A stretch of DNA of 64,000 bases from Candidatus Sericytochromatia bacterium (GCA_036676495.1 JAKFCT010000001.1:1-64000), one strand, 5' to 3'; numbered from the stretch's first letter, positions 8,482 to 18,444 are shown. Translations and numbers: made by a program. Notes: generated by a model from the sequence alone, not told the origin.

Positions 8482-9321
8482 GTGTACCAGAAGCTCATCG
8501 CCTCCGTGCTCGCCGCCTCCTGCCTGGTTCTCGCCCCCGCAGCCGCGTGGGCGGCGCTACCGATCGCGCCTCCCCTCGCGCTGGGCCAGTCTCAGACGGC
8601 CAAGCCGTTCCAGTGCGAGCTCGTGACCACGCATGAATACCAGGCCGAGGGGGAGGCCCCGAGCAAGGAAGAGTCCCGCTCGCGCTACTATTCGTCCGGC
8701 TCGCGCCTGCGGATCGACAACCTCGACGATCACTCGGTCTTCATCATGCATGCGGATAAGAACGTCCTTTTCACTTACGAGGGAGAAGGGGATACCTGGT
8801 TCCGCGTTCCCTTGGCAGCCTATACGCAGGTCGCGCGTCAGCAGGCCTACAGCACGCCGGCCAACCGTCAGGCTTACCAGCAAGGCGCGAAGGCCAAGAA
8901 GCCGACCACCGTCACGATGCAAGGTGAGGACGGGAAGCCTCGCAAGATCACGTTCAAACCCGGGGCGCCCGAAACCCTCGACGGGAAGGTTTGCGACGTG
9001 ATGACCCTCGTGGATGACGCGGACAAATCGGAGCTGACCACCTGGACCTGGCGCGAGAAGGGGCTGGTGCTCAAGACCCGAAGCAAGGACGCAAACACCA
9101 CCAGCACGCTCGTCTACCGCAACTACCAGGAAGTCGAGACTCCCGGCGAGATGTTCCTGCCTCCGCCCGAGGCGCGCGTGAAGGAGCTCTCGGTCAAGGC
9201 CGCCAAGGAAGAGCTTCAGCGCGCCGTCATCGACGGCATCCGCGACGGCGCCAAAGAGGCGGTCACCGATGCGGTGAGCGATACGATCCGCAACGCCGTT
9301 CCCATCCGCCTGCCCTGGTAA
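8482..9321 (+). CDS. Secreted protein, DUF4412/LolA-like beta fold
   Basis: Signal peptide ending AAAWA, ETLDGKVCDV, TWTWREKGLVLK, MFLPP. Confidence 0.65.
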   Translation: MYQKLIASVLAASCLVLAPAAAWAALPIAPPLALGQSQTAKPFQCELVTTHEYQAEGEAPSKEESRSRYYSSGSRLRIDNLDDHSVFIMHADKNVLFTYEGEGDTWFRVPLAAYTQVARQQAYSTPANRQAYQQGAKAKKPTTVTMQGEDGKPRKITFKPGAPETLDGKVCDVMTLVDDADKSELTTWTWREKGLVLKTRSKDANTTSTLVYRNYQEVETPGEMFLPPPEARVKELSVKAAKEELQRAVIDGIRDGAKEAVTDAVSDTIRNAVPIRLPW

Positions 9322-9325
9322 ACCC

Positions 9326-10246
9326 TTGGAGGCTTTTCTCGTCGTCAATCCCCGGTCCGCCGACGGCACGACCGAGGCGCAATGGCCGCGCTTCGCCCGC
9401 ATGCTGGATGAAGCGGGCGTGGTGGGCCAGCCCCATTTCACCGAAGGCCCAGGCCATGCCACGGAGTTGGTTCGAGAAGGGCTCGCCGCCGGCCACCGTC
9501 TCATCGTGGTGGTTGGCGGGGACGGAACGCTCAACGAGGCCGTGAACGGCTTCTTCGATGCCGATGGGACGCCGCTCAATCCCAACGCCGAGCTGGGGGT
9601 CATCTGCCGCGGCACCGGGTGCGATTTCATCAAGAGCCTGGGCATCCCCAAGCGTGAGGATCGAGCCCTGCAGCGGATCCTGACCGGATCGAGCCGGGCC
9701 ATCGATGTGGGGCGCGTGCGTTTCCACGACGCTACCGGCCAAGAGCGCGTGCGCTACTTCCTCAACATTGCCGAAGCGGGACTCGGCGGGGCCGTGGTCG
9801 AGCGGGTCAACCGCAGCTCCAAGCGCCTCGGAGGTTTCGCCTCTTTCCTCTTGAACACGCTCGCCACGTTCGCGACCTACCGCAACGGCCTCATGACCGT
9901 GCAGTTCGACGGGGCCCCTCCCGAATCCCTTCGGGCGGCCAACCTGGTGGTGGGAAACGGGCGCTACTTCGGCGGGGGCATGTGCATCCTGCCGGAGGCA
10001 GAGCTCGACGACGGGATCTTCGACGTCCTGATCATGGGGGATCTCAACCGTCTCGAACTCTTCACCAACATCGCCAGGGTCTACCGCGGCAGCCACTTGA
10101 CTCATCCAAAGATTCGGCACCTGAGGGCTCGCGAGATCCGGGTCGAGGGGAAGGCGCCGTTGCTGCTGGATGTCGACGGGGAACAACCCGGCCTCGCGCC
10201 GGCCACGTTCACGATCTTGCCTGGCGCCCTGAGGGTTCGCTGTTAG
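9326..10246 (+). CDS. Diacylglycerol kinase family lipid kinase (YegS/BmrU-like)
   Basis: VVNPRS, GGDGTLNE, GTGCDF, GNGRYFGGG, DVDGE. Confidence 0.9.
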   Translation: MEAFLVVNPRSADGTTEAQWPRFARMLDEAGVVGQPHFTEGPGHATELVREGLAAGHRLIVVVGGDGTLNEAVNGFFDADGTPLNPNAELGVICRGTGCDFIKSLGIPKREDRALQRILTGSSRAIDVGRVRFHDATGQERVRYFLNIAEAGLGGAVVERVNRSSKRLGGFASFLLNTLATFATYRNGLMTVQFDGAPPESLRAANLVVGNGRYFGGGMCILPEAELDDGIFDVLIMGDLNRLELFTNIARVYRGSHLTHPKIRHLRAREIRVEGKAPLLLDVDGEQPGLAPATFTILPGALRVRC

Positions 10247-10331
10247 GCTAATAACGAGCCATCACCGGCCATTCGCCTTGGCATACCGGGCCAAGCGGGC
10301 TAGAATCAGGGGATTCTCAGTTCAGGAGGCC

Positions 10332-10955
10332 ATGATGTCGTTTAACGGCTTTACTCCCGCGGATTTCGCGGTTTTTTCCCTGCCGGGGTTCGAAGAGCGC
10401 ATGGCCGCTCTCAAGCAGGTCGTCCGCCCGAAGCTCGAAGCGCTCGGCAGCTTGCTGGCTCCAAGGCTCAGCGAGACGGTCGGCATGCCCATGTACGCCC
10501 ATGTGGCCAAGCATGCGCGCCGGACGGTGAATCCTCCCAAGGATACCTGGGTGGCGTGGTCGGCGAATGCCCGGGGCTACAAGGCGCATCCGCACTTTCA
10601 GGTCGGCCTCTGGGGAAGCCATGTCTTCGCGCAGTTCGCGTTGATCTACGAGGCGCCGCAGAAGGCGGCGTTCGCGCGCCTGCTAAGCGAGAACCTTCAC
10701 GAGCTGACGCTTCCCGCGCAATTCGTCTGGTCCGGGGATCATACGCAGCCGGCGGGCATGCGCCATGGAGACATGGACGCCGCGGCCTTCGCGACCTTCC
10801 TCGATCGGCTCGAGAAGGTCCAGAAGGCCGAGGCGCTTTGCGGCATCCACGTCATGGCGGAGGATCCGCTCCTCGGCGATGGCGCCGCGCTGGTCGCCCG
10901 GATCGAGGAAGCCTTCCAGGCGACCCTGCCGCTGTATCGCTTGGCGCAAGTCTAG
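10332..10955 (+). CDS. DUF1054 (YktB-like) protein
   Basis: HVAKHARRTVNPPKDTWVA, RGYKAHPHFQVGLW; RBS AGGAGG precedes ATG 10332. Confidence 0.85.
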   Translation: MMSFNGFTPADFAVFSLPGFEERMAALKQVVRPKLEALGSLLAPRLSETVGMPMYAHVAKHARRTVNPPKDTWVAWSANARGYKAHPHFQVGLWGSHVFAQFALIYEAPQKAAFARLLSENLHELTLPAQFVWSGDHTQPAGMRHGDMDAAAFATFLDRLEKVQKAEALCGIHVMAEDPLLGDGAALVARIEEAFQATLPLYRLAQV

Positions 10956-10958
10956 CCG

Positions 10959-11774
10959 TCAGTCCAGCTTCTCCACCTCGAGATCGTCGAAGTTCACCTC
11001 GTTGCCGATGGAGCGCAGGGCCATGAAGTGGGGCCGTGACGGATCGAGATCCGGCACCTGCAACGTGGCCTCGGGCTTGCCGTCGTAGAGCAGCACGAAG
11101 GACTTGTTGGCGACGTCCACGATCCCGCCGACCCGCCGCACGTCTCCCGGCTGGGTGGTGACCGGTCGGTTGTAGAGGCGCTTCCAGCCGCGCCCGTTCA
11201 TGGGTTTGCCGCCGTCGCAGTACCAGACCTGCAGGTCGCGCGGGGTGTTGACGACCTCGAGGTAGTGATCGGCGTCGAGGTAGTAGGGCTGGACCCCTTG
11301 ATCTCCGGTGGGGGGAAGGTTGTACGGGCTCGCGATGGGCTGTTGCGAGACCTCGAAGCGGTAGCGCATGGGCATCTGACCGTTTGGGCCGAAGTGCTTG
11401 CCGCGATAGCGCACGAACGAAACCCAGGGCTCGGGTTGCTTCTCGGTCTGGCGCAGCACCTTGCCGCGAAGCGGCGGCCGATTGACGGTTGCTACCTCCC
11501 AGGTCCCGTCATAGAGCCAGCTGGGCACGGTCTTGCCCTGGGCCGCCATCTCGGCCCGGACTCCGATCCAGTCCGCCGGCAGGGTGCCGACGGCGTCCTT
11601 TTCGAAGTCGAGGCGCAGCAGGCGGGTCGCCGGGGTCTGATTGACCCCGGATTCGGGCGACTCTCCGGTGCCTCCCCCGCCTCCGGGAGCTCCGGGCGGA
11701 CTCGAGCAGGCCACCAGCAAGCCGATCGCCAACCCCAGCCCCAGTCGCGTTCCTCTTGCGGCTCCGCGTCGCAT
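10959..11774 (-). CDS. Lipoprotein with a concanavalin-A/LamG-like beta-sandwich
   Basis: Lipobox LVAC, Gly/Pro linker, DFEKDAVGTLPADW, terminal NFDDLEV. Confidence 0.6.
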   Translation of the reverse strand: MRRGAARGTRLGLGLAIGLLVACSSPPGAPGGGGGTGESPESGVNQTPATRLLRLDFEKDAVGTLPADWIGVRAEMAAQGKTVPSWLYDGTWEVATVNRPPLRGKVLRQTEKQPEPWVSFVRYRGKHFGPNGQMPMRYRFEVSQQPIASPYNLPPTGDQGVQPYYLDADHYLEVVNTPRDLQVWYCDGGKPMNGRGWKRLYNRPVTTQPGDVRRVGGIVDVANKSFVLLYDGKPEATLQVPDLDPSRPHFMALRSIGNEVNFDDLEVEKLD

Positions 11775-11918
11775 GCGGCCCTCCTTCCCCGATCGCGATC
11801 CCAGCCTAGCCCGGCGGGGAGCTTCTTTCGCTTGCTGGAAGATCCAGGGCGCTTCGTGCGAAACGCCGAACGGGAGGCCTTCAGGCCTCCCGTTCGCGGG
11901 GTGTTGCGGGGCGAGCCC

Positions 11919-12848
11919 CTAGACCGGAGGTTGTCCTGGCCGCTTGAGCGTCTCGTCCAAGGCGGCTTCCGGGGAGGCCTCGGTCTCCATGCGGGCGAAG
12001 GTCACGCGCTGGGCCTTGCCCGCGCCGCCCACGGTGGCCATGCGATCCAGGAACATGCGGTTGGGGACGAGCACCACGCCCGCATCCGTGGCGAGCTGGG
12101 TCGAGAGCCAACCGATCCGCTGGATGGTCCCGCTGAGGGTCTTGCCTTCCGCGGTCATGCTCACGGCGTCCCCGCGATCGACCACGCGCTTCAGCTCGGT
12201 CGCGGCCATGAGGTCCGCGGCCTCCGTGCGCAGGCCCAGCCCGAAGGCCAGGGCCGCGGCGAGCGCCACCGCTCCGATCACCGCGGTAAAGAGGATCTGC
12301 ACCAGCTCGGGGGCGATGTTCAGCTGGGTCAGGGCGGCCAGGGCCGCGAAGATCATGATCGCCCAGTACGCCACCTGCCCCAAAAGGTCCGAGGCTTCCA
12401 GGGGAGTGGTCTTGACCAGGTTGCCGATGAACGACGCCAAGAGCGCCCCCAGGGTCACGATCAAGAGGGCCGCGATGACGTTGGGGATGTAGCCGATGAT
12501 GGCCATGAGGGCCGCCGTAACTTGCGGCAGGTTCAGGGCGTCCGCCGCCACCACCAGGGTCACCAGGACCACCAGCCACTTCACCAATTGGGCGACCATG
12601 TTGCTGGGTTCGAGCTTGAGGCCGGTCCGGGCGATCGCCCGATCCACCCCGGCCTTCGCCATCCAGCGATCGAAGCGGAGCGCGTCCAGCCCCTTATCGA
12701 CCAGGGCCGCCAGCACGTTGGCGATCGCCCAGCCCACCAAGAGGATGATAATGGCGCCGATCAGGTTGGGCAGGAACCCGAGGATCCCGCTCAATGCGGC
12801 TCCGACGGCGGCCCAGAGCGCCGCTCCCCATCCAGTCACGGTTTCCAT
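11919..12848 (-). CDS. CmpX/TM_helix-type small-conductance mechanosensitive channel family protein
   Basis: Repeated LPNLIGA/IPNVIAA TM_helix motifs, ALAFGLG, MscS beta domain (GDAV...VPN); RBS GAGGAGG. Confidence 0.8.
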   Translation of the reverse strand: METVTGWGAALWAAVGAALSGILGFLPNLIGAIIILLVGWAIANVLAALVDKGLDALRFDRWMAKAGVDRAIARTGLKLEPSNMVAQLVKWLVVLVTLVVAADALNLPQVTAALMAIIGYIPNVIAALLIVTLGALLASFIGNLVKTTPLEASDLLGQVAYWAIMIFAALAALTQLNIAPELVQILFTAVIGAVALAAALAFGLGLRTEAADLMAATELKRVVDRGDAVSMTAEGKTLSGTIQRIGWLSTQLATDAGVVLVPNRMFLDRMATVGGAGKAQRVTFARMETEASPEAALDETLKRPGQPPV

Positions 12849-12925
12849 TGGCCCTCCTCTCCGGGGGTCTCTGCCGAGGCCCCGTCTTCGGCCCGACCCG
12901 GCGCCCCCTGGCCCGAGTCCGCGCG

Positions 12926-12957
12926 AACCCGGTCCCCTCGCCGACGGGGACCGGGTT
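12926..12957. terminator. Stem-loop downstream of the YtxH gene
   Basis: 12-bp stem aacccggtcccc/ggggaccgggtt. Confidence 0.5.
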
Positions 12958-12966
12958 ACACCGCTG

Positions 12967-13320
12967 CTAGAGGCCCTCCTCGCGGCGCTCCAGGGTGGTG
13001 TCCAGGCGCTCGGCCCCCTCATCCACCCGGCGCTGGGCGCGCTCGGCCGCCTCGTCGACGCTTTGGCGCGTGCGCGAGAGCGCCTCGGGCACCTGCTGCT
13101 GGCCCCGATCGATCAGATCCTGGGCGCGCTCCTGGGTGGAGCGGATCAGCTCGGTGGCGCGCATGCGCCCTTCCACCAGGCGCCCCTGGGCGTCCGTCCG
13201 GAGCGAGTCCGCCTGATCGCGCAAGCGGCGACGCGTCTCCGGGCCCGAGCGCGGAGCCAGCAGGATCGCCGCCCCCGCCCCGATCACCGCTCCGAGGAGC
13301 GTCGCACCTATGCGGTTCAT
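12967..13320 (-). CDS. YtxH-domain general stress protein
   Basis: LLGAVIGAGAAILLAPRSGPETRRRL followed by a helical tail; RBS AAGGAGGT. Confidence 0.85.
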   Translation of the reverse strand: MNRIGATLLGAVIGAGAAILLAPRSGPETRRRLRDQADSLRTDAQGRLVEGRMRATELIRSTQERAQDLIDRGQQQVPEALSRTRQSVDEAAERAQRRVDEGAERLDTTLERREEGL

Positions 13321-13379
13321 CCAGACCTCCTTTCCTGCTTTCCTGACGGGCGTCCCGGCGGGATCGGTCGCCACGCGAC

Positions 13380-13649
13380 TCAGTACCCCCGCGAGCGCTG
13401 CCCGGTGACCAGACTGAAAAGCCAGACGACGAGCGCAGCCCCGATGATCGAGGGGATGATCGCCAGCCCCCCCACCTCCGGCCCGCCCGGAAGGTTCAAG
13501 AGTCCGAAGAGGTAGCCGCCCAGCGCCGAGCCGACCAAGCCTGCGATGATCGCTCCGACCCATCCGCCCGGCAGCGTCCCGGGTGCCAGGGCGTCGCCGA
13601 TGAAGCCGACGATCGCCGCCACCAAGAGCATCACGAGAAACCCTAACAC
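13380..13649 (-). CDS. GlsB/YeaQ/YmgE family stress membrane protein
   Basis: GGWVGAIIAGLVGSALGGYLF, IIPSIIGA; GTG start after AAGGAGGT. Confidence 0.85.
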   Translation of the reverse strand: MLGFLVMLLVAAIVGFIGDALAPGTLPGGWVGAIIAGLVGSALGGYLFGLLNLPGGPEVGGLAIIPSIIGAALVVWLFSLVTGQRSRGY

Positions 13650-13773
13650 GTCCCCACCTCCTTGCTGTCCCCGGTCTCTGGAGGCTCGCTCGGCTAGCGG
13701 CTCGCAGCGCCTCCCCGAATCGTCCCGAACCGTAACACAAGCCCTCTGCCCCTGCAACGCTCCGCTTGAGGGC

Positions 13774-14829
13774 CTAGCGCCCTTGCGAAACCACCCGGGA
13801 CGCGCCCTCCAAGAGGCGTTCGTAGAGCGCGAGGTAGCCCGCGACCATGGCCGCCGTCCCGAAGCGCTCCTGCACCTGGCGGCGGCATGCATGGGGATCG
13901 ATCCGCGGGGCGTGACGGATGCCCTCGAGCAGGCCCTCGAAGTCGTCGGCAATCCACCCGCTGACTCCCGGGGCGACCACCTCGGGAACCGAGCCCCAGC
14001 GCGTCGCCACCACCGGGGTGCCGCAGGCCATGGCCTCGATCATCACCAGCCCGAACGGCTCCGGCCAGGCGATCGGGAAGAGCAGGCAACGCGCTCCCGC
14101 CAGCAGTTCCCATTTCCGGAGGCCCGTGACCTCTCCGACGTAGCGGATGCGCTCCCCGTCGACATGCGGGCTCACGCGCGTCCGGACGTACTCCGCGTCC
14201 ACCGGGTCGACCTTGCCCGCGAGCACGAGGGGCATGTCCAGGGCTTGCGCGGCGGCGATCGCGGTATGGGTGCCCTTGGCCTCGCAGAGCCTGCCGAGGA
14301 AGAGCAGGTAGTCCTCTTTCTCGGTGCGGAAAAGCGGTTGCTCGAGGTCCAGCCCGTTGTAGACCACTCCCAGGAAGTCCAGCTCGGGGCAGCGCCGGGC
14401 ATGGGCCTGCGAGAGGGCCACGTAGGCGTGGTCGCGATGGCGCAGGTAGAGGCTGCGGCGCTCGGGAGTGAAGTCGTTGTGGACGGTCGTCAGGACCGGC
14501 ACGGGAGACGTCGGCGCCAGCATGACCCCGAGGGCCTTGGTATGGTCGTGGATCAGGTCGAAGTCGGCGGCCTGGGAGAAGGCCCAGGAGACATGGGCCC
14601 GTTCGAAGGGCAAGCTGAGGGCGTTCGTGTCGAATCCCAAGGGGGTGAGGGCGCGGGGCAGGATCGCGCGCAGGTCGGCCCGGGACGCGGAGTCTCCCGA
14701 GGCGAAGAGGGTGACGGCATGGCCGGCCGCGACCAGCCCCTCGGCCAGCTGGTGGACGACGAGCTCGGTGCCTCCGTAGCCCTGAGGGGGCACGGGCAGG
14801 GAGACCGGGGCCAGGATCGCAATTCTCAC
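13774..14829 (-). CDS. Glycosyltransferase family 4
   Basis: VPPQGYGGTE, EPFGLVMIEAMACGTPVV. Confidence 0.92.
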   Translation of the reverse strand: MRIAILAPVSLPVPPQGYGGTELVVHQLAEGLVAAGHAVTLFASGDSASRADLRAILPRALTPLGFDTNALSLPFERAHVSWAFSQAADFDLIHDHTKALGVMLAPTSPVPVLTTVHNDFTPERRSLYLRHRDHAYVALSQAHARRCPELDFLGVVYNGLDLEQPLFRTEKEDYLLFLGRLCEAKGTHTAIAAAQALDMPLVLAGKVDPVDAEYVRTRVSPHVDGERIRYVGEVTGLRKWELLAGARCLLFPIAWPEPFGLVMIEAMACGTPVVATRWGSVPEVVAPGVSGWIADDFEGLLEGIRHAPRIDPHACRRQVQERFGTAAMVAGYLALYERLLEGASRVVSQGR

Positions 14830-15067
14830 GGATGGCCTCCTCCGGGGCTGGGCCCCCTGTCCCTCCCTTTGGGTGGGGCGGGCGGACGGGTCTACCCTAC
14901 GCCTCGCGTGACGAAATGTAAAGTGACCAAAAACTCGTCACAAGCAAGAGTTGTGGCTGCTCGGGGGCTATGCTATGGTGGGTCCCGCCTTACCTTAACA
15001 TTTCTTCACGCTTCATGGCGCCCCGGCAAGCAATGGCGCTTCCGGGGCCTGCGGAAGGGAGGCGGGA

Positions 15068-16645
15068 TTGAGATCAAACGCTCAGGGATGGGGTTCAGCC
15101 GATTACCGAGACGCCATCCAGGCGCTATGCCAGACGGGCTTGGGGGACGTCAACCTGATCTTGGCGTCGAACCGGGGCCCGGTCGAGTTCCGGAAGGACG
15201 CGACCGGAAGGGTCCGCAGCCAGCGGGGCCAAGGAGGGCTGGTCACGGCGCTGAGTTCGATGGTCGAGTGCCTGGACACGACCTGGGTGGCGGCTCCCTT
15301 CACCGAGACCGACGCCGCGCTGGGATCGGCGGAACTGCCCATGGGCGATCGGCGGCTCTCGCTGGCGTTCGTGGACCTGGATCCGGAGGACTACCACCGC
15401 TACTACAACGAGGTCTCCAACTCGCTGCTGTGGTTCCTGCAGCACGGCATCACCCATGCCCCGGAGCACCCGGAGTTCGACGGGGACGCCTGGAGCGCCT
15501 GGGAGGCGTACCGGCGGGTGAACCGGCGCTTCGCCGAGGCGATCGCCAAGCAGGCCATGGCCTCCTCCAAGCGCCCGCTGGTGATGGTCCACGACTACCA
15601 CCTCTACCTGGTGCCCTTGTACCTGCGCGCGCTGCTGCCGGAGGCGCTGATCCAGCACTTCACGCATATCTGCTGGCCGGGACCGGATCTCTGGTGGCAG
15701 GTGCCCACGGCCATGCGCCGGGAGATCATGCAGAGCCTGACCTCCTGCGACGTGGTGGGCTTCCACACGCCGCGCTACGTGCGCAACTTCCTGCATACCG
15801 TCGACGCGGTGCTCGAGGTTCCGATCGATCTGGCCGGCGGGCTGATCGAGACCGAGGAGCGGAGGGTCTGGGTGCGGGACTACCCCATCTCGATCGACCC
15901 GGACGGGATCCAGCGGCTCGCCGAGTCTCCCGCCGTCCGCGCGGTGGAGGCCGAGCTGGGCCTGGGGCAGTCGGGGATCAACCTGGTCCAGGTGGCGCGC
16001 ACGGACCCCAGCAAGAACCTCCTGCGCAGCCTGAAGGCCATGGACCTCTTCCTGCAGCAGCACCCGCGCTACCGGGGCCAGATCCGGTTCTGGGGGATCC
16101 TGCCGGCCTCGCGCCAGGGCTCCGAGCATTACCGCAGCTACCTGGACCGGCTCTGGGAAAGCGTGCAGGCCGTCAACCGGCGCCATGGGCGCGCGGGCTG
16201 GGAGCCGGTGACGGTCTTTCTCGACAACTCCTACCCGCGAGCGATCGCCGTCATGAAGCATTACGATCTCCTGCTGGTCAACTCCCTGGCCGACGGCATG
16301 AACCTGGTCGCCAAGGAAGGCCCCATGGTCAACCAGCGCGACGGAGTCTTGCTCTTGAGCGAGACCATCGGGGCGGCCGACGAGCTGATGGACGGCGCTC
16401 TCTGCATCAACCCGTACGACCTGACGGGCATGGCCAAGGCCTTCGAGCAAGGGCTCACCATGGCGCGCAGCGAGCGCAAGCGGAAGCTGGCCTTCCTGCG
16501 CAGCCGCATCCAGGCCAATCCGATTCATCGCTGGGTCTACGATCAGCTGCTCGACCTGGAGGGCTTGCTGCGGCCGCGCCTGCGGGTCTCGCCCTTCTAT
16601 CCCGAAGTGCACCCGACGGACCCGGACGTCATGACAAGGGGGTGA
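15068..16645 (+). CDS. otsA: Trehalose-6-phosphate synthase family (GT20)
   Basis: SNRGPV, GGLVTAL, VHDYHL, RTDPSKN, DGMNLVAKEG. Confidence 0.85.
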   Translation: MRSNAQGWGSADYRDAIQALCQTGLGDVNLILASNRGPVEFRKDATGRVRSQRGQGGLVTALSSMVECLDTTWVAAPFTETDAALGSAELPMGDRRLSLAFVDLDPEDYHRYYNEVSNSLLWFLQHGITHAPEHPEFDGDAWSAWEAYRRVNRRFAEAIAKQAMASSKRPLVMVHDYHLYLVPLYLRALLPEALIQHFTHICWPGPDLWWQVPTAMRREIMQSLTSCDVVGFHTPRYVRNFLHTVDAVLEVPIDLAGGLIETEERRVWVRDYPISIDPDGIQRLAESPAVRAVEAELGLGQSGINLVQVARTDPSKNLLRSLKAMDLFLQQHPRYRGQIRFWGILPASRQGSEHYRSYLDRLWESVQAVNRRHGRAGWEPVTVFLDNSYPRAIAVMKHYDLLLVNSLADGMNLVAKEGPMVNQRDGVLLLSETIGAADELMDGALCINPYDLTGMAKAFEQGLTMARSERKRKLAFLRSRIQANPIHRWVYDQLLDLEGLLRPRLRVSPFYPEVHPTDPDVMTRG

Positions 16646-16651
16646 AGACCC

Positions 16652-17542
16652 ATGGGAAAACGTGACCCCGATCGCCAAACCCTCGAGCGCCGGCTCCTCG
16701 AGCTGGGCCTCGCCGGGGAGACTCCCAACACGCCCGACGCCAACCTGAGGGCCATCCGCCAGATGCGCGACGGCAACGTCTTCTATACCTTCGGCATCGA
16801 CGCCGTCCGGCGCGCGATGGCCACCGGCAAGCTGGGTGAGGAGGCGATCCTCGACCTGATGGCCCGCCACTGCGGGCAGGCCAACGGCCGGGAGTTCCTG
16901 GCCGGAAACGGCACGATCGCTCCCGACCGGGTCGTAGAAGGGCTCGAGCGCGCCGCGGAGCGGATCCGGGACGTGATCGCCCGCCGGGGGACGGTGGCCT
17001 TCGGCACCGGGCACCCGGGCTCGCTTCTCAATGCCTACAACCGCATGGCGGATTACCTGGATCGCCGTGGCTGCCGCATCGCGCGCGTCGCCCCCGGGGC
17101 GGAGGTCGGAGTGGACTGGGTCCTGGACTTCGTGGGCCGGGTGGCGGTCACCAGCGACACCTGCGGCGTGCTGCATGGGCACTCGACCCGTCCCATGGAG
17201 CAGCTCATCGCCGGCTACGGCGCTCCCATCGACCTGGTGATCGGGGATCACGGCCACGCCGGAGCGGCCATCAACGCCGGGATCGCGACCATCGGCTTCA
17301 TGGACACGAACGATCCGGCGCTGGCCATGGCCTCCCACCTGGAAATCGACAACCTGGTGGCCGTGCCGCTCTTCGACAACCGCCCCAACGCCGTTTCCGA
17401 AGCGCTCGCGGACCTCTGGATCCCGCTGATCGAGGCGGTGGGAGCGCCGGAGACGCTCCCGCGGGTGACCTTCGATCGCGCGGGGCGACTCCCTGAGGTT
17501 GCCGAAGGCGGTCGCGAACGGTATGATGGCGGCGTTCCCTAG
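16652..17542 (+). CDS. Putative phosphatase of the actinobacterial 'Phosphatase' family (non-HAD)
   Basis: GTGHPG, HGHSTRPM, DLVIGDHGHAGAA, DTNDPAL, PLFDN; starts 6 bp after otsA. Confidence 0.6.
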   Translation: MGKRDPDRQTLERRLLELGLAGETPNTPDANLRAIRQMRDGNVFYTFGIDAVRRAMATGKLGEEAILDLMARHCGQANGREFLAGNGTIAPDRVVEGLERAAERIRDVIARRGTVAFGTGHPGSLLNAYNRMADYLDRRGCRIARVAPGAEVGVDWVLDFVGRVAVTSDTCGVLHGHSTRPMEQLIAGYGAPIDLVIGDHGHAGAAINAGIATIGFMDTNDPALAMASHLEIDNLVAVPLFDNRPNAVSEALADLWIPLIEAVGAPETLPRVTFDRAGRLPEVAEGGRERYDGGVP

Positions 17543-17627
17543 CGCCTGCGGCTGGGCGAGCACCTGCGGCTGGGAAAGGGAACGCGAAGCGGTCCAGCAG
17601 CAACGACGATCACTCCAAGGAGGCCCC

Positions 17628-17765
17628 ATGACGGCATCGACCCCCCCGAGCGATTACGAGAAGGCCCGCGACGAGGGCACGATCACCCGGACCATCTGGA
17701 CGGCCACGCTGGCGGCCTGCGCCTTTGCCGCGGCCGTGGGCTACGTCTTCACCCTGGTCGATTGA
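17628..17765 (+). CDS. Small single-TM protein (45 aa)
   Basis: Strong RBS AAGGAGG, C-terminal hydrophobic helix. Confidence 0.6.
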   Translation: MTASTPPSDYEKARDEGTITRTIWTATLAACAFAAAVGYVFTLVD

Positions 17766-17775
17766 CCCGTTCGGA

Positions 17776-17803
17776 TTGACAACCGGGCTCAACACGCTAC
17801 GAT
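17776..17803 (+). promoter_or_regulatory. Sigma70 promoter of tRNA-Val
   Basis: TTGACA-N16-TACGAT, 10 nt before the tRNA. Confidence 0.75.
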
Positions 17804-17812
17804 AGAGCTCTG

Positions 17813-17885
17813 GGGCGGTTAGCTCAGCTGGTAGAGCGTCTCGTTTACACCGAGATGGTCGCGGGTTCGAGTCCCCCACCGCCCA
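17813..17885 (+). tRNA. tRNA-Val(TAC), CCA not encoded
   Basis: Acceptor stem GGGCGGT/ACCGCCC, D-arm, anticodon arm TCTCG-TTTACAC-CGAGA, GGTTCGAGT T-loop; followed by CCT. Confidence 0.95.
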
Positions 17886-17889
17886 CCTG

Positions 17890-17917
17890 GCCCCGCCGTT
17901 CCGGCGGGGCTTTTTTT
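17890..17917 (+). terminator. Rho-independent terminator
   Basis: gccccgccg-ttc-cggcggggc followed by T7. Confidence 0.9.
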
Positions 17918-18003
17918 GGCTCCGCGCCACCCACCGAGAGACGATTGCGACCCCGGATCCCCGGAGGTAGGGTGGGGGCGTCCGGATTCACAGGGAGGGC
18001 GCC

Positions 18004-18444
18004 ATGACTCTGAAAGGCTTACTGGATCTTCCCGACTACCATGTGGCCGAAGGCAGCATCGACGCGCGAGGCTGGGCCTTGCTCGACGCATCCGGCGAGG
18101 CCGTGGGGCGGGTCGTCGACTTCATCGTCGACACCGAGGCGCTGGAAGCGCGTTACCTGCTGGTGGCCCTGGACGGGCTCTTCCGCGAGGTCGTCCTCTC
18201 GGTCAAGGAGGTGGACTTCGATCCGCGGAGCCGCCAGGTCCGTTGCCGGCAAGCAACCAAGCAACAGATTCAGCAGCTTCCCTACTTCGGGGGGACCTCC
18301 CTCCGGCCGGAGGACGAGGAGAAGCTCTACGCCACCTTCATCCCCCTGGCCAGCGCCGAGGAAGCGGGCCCCGAAGCCGTGCGGGGCGGCCCCGCGCGCC
18401 TCATGGTGCTGAGCATTCGGAGGCGGGAAAGCGAGGACGTATGA
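18004..18444 (+). CDS. PRC-barrel domain protein
   Basis: DARGWALLDASGEAVGRVVDFIVD...RYL, KQQIQQLP. Confidence 0.8.
   Translation: MTLKGLLDLPDYHVAEGSIDARGWALLDASGEAVGRVVDFIVDTEALEARYLLVALDGLFREVVLSVKEVDFDPRSRQVRCRQATKQQIQQLPYFGGTSLRPEDEEKLYATFIPLASAEEAGPEAVRGGPARLMVLSIRRRESEDV

Noticed and set aside
13546-16665. 1039-aa plus-strand ORF (also 887-2818, 11265-13346, 15125-17629, 22608-25304, 32038-34083)
   Set aside because: These are antisense or off-frame shadows of well-supported genes, expected where high GC makes stop codons scarce; they have no motifs.
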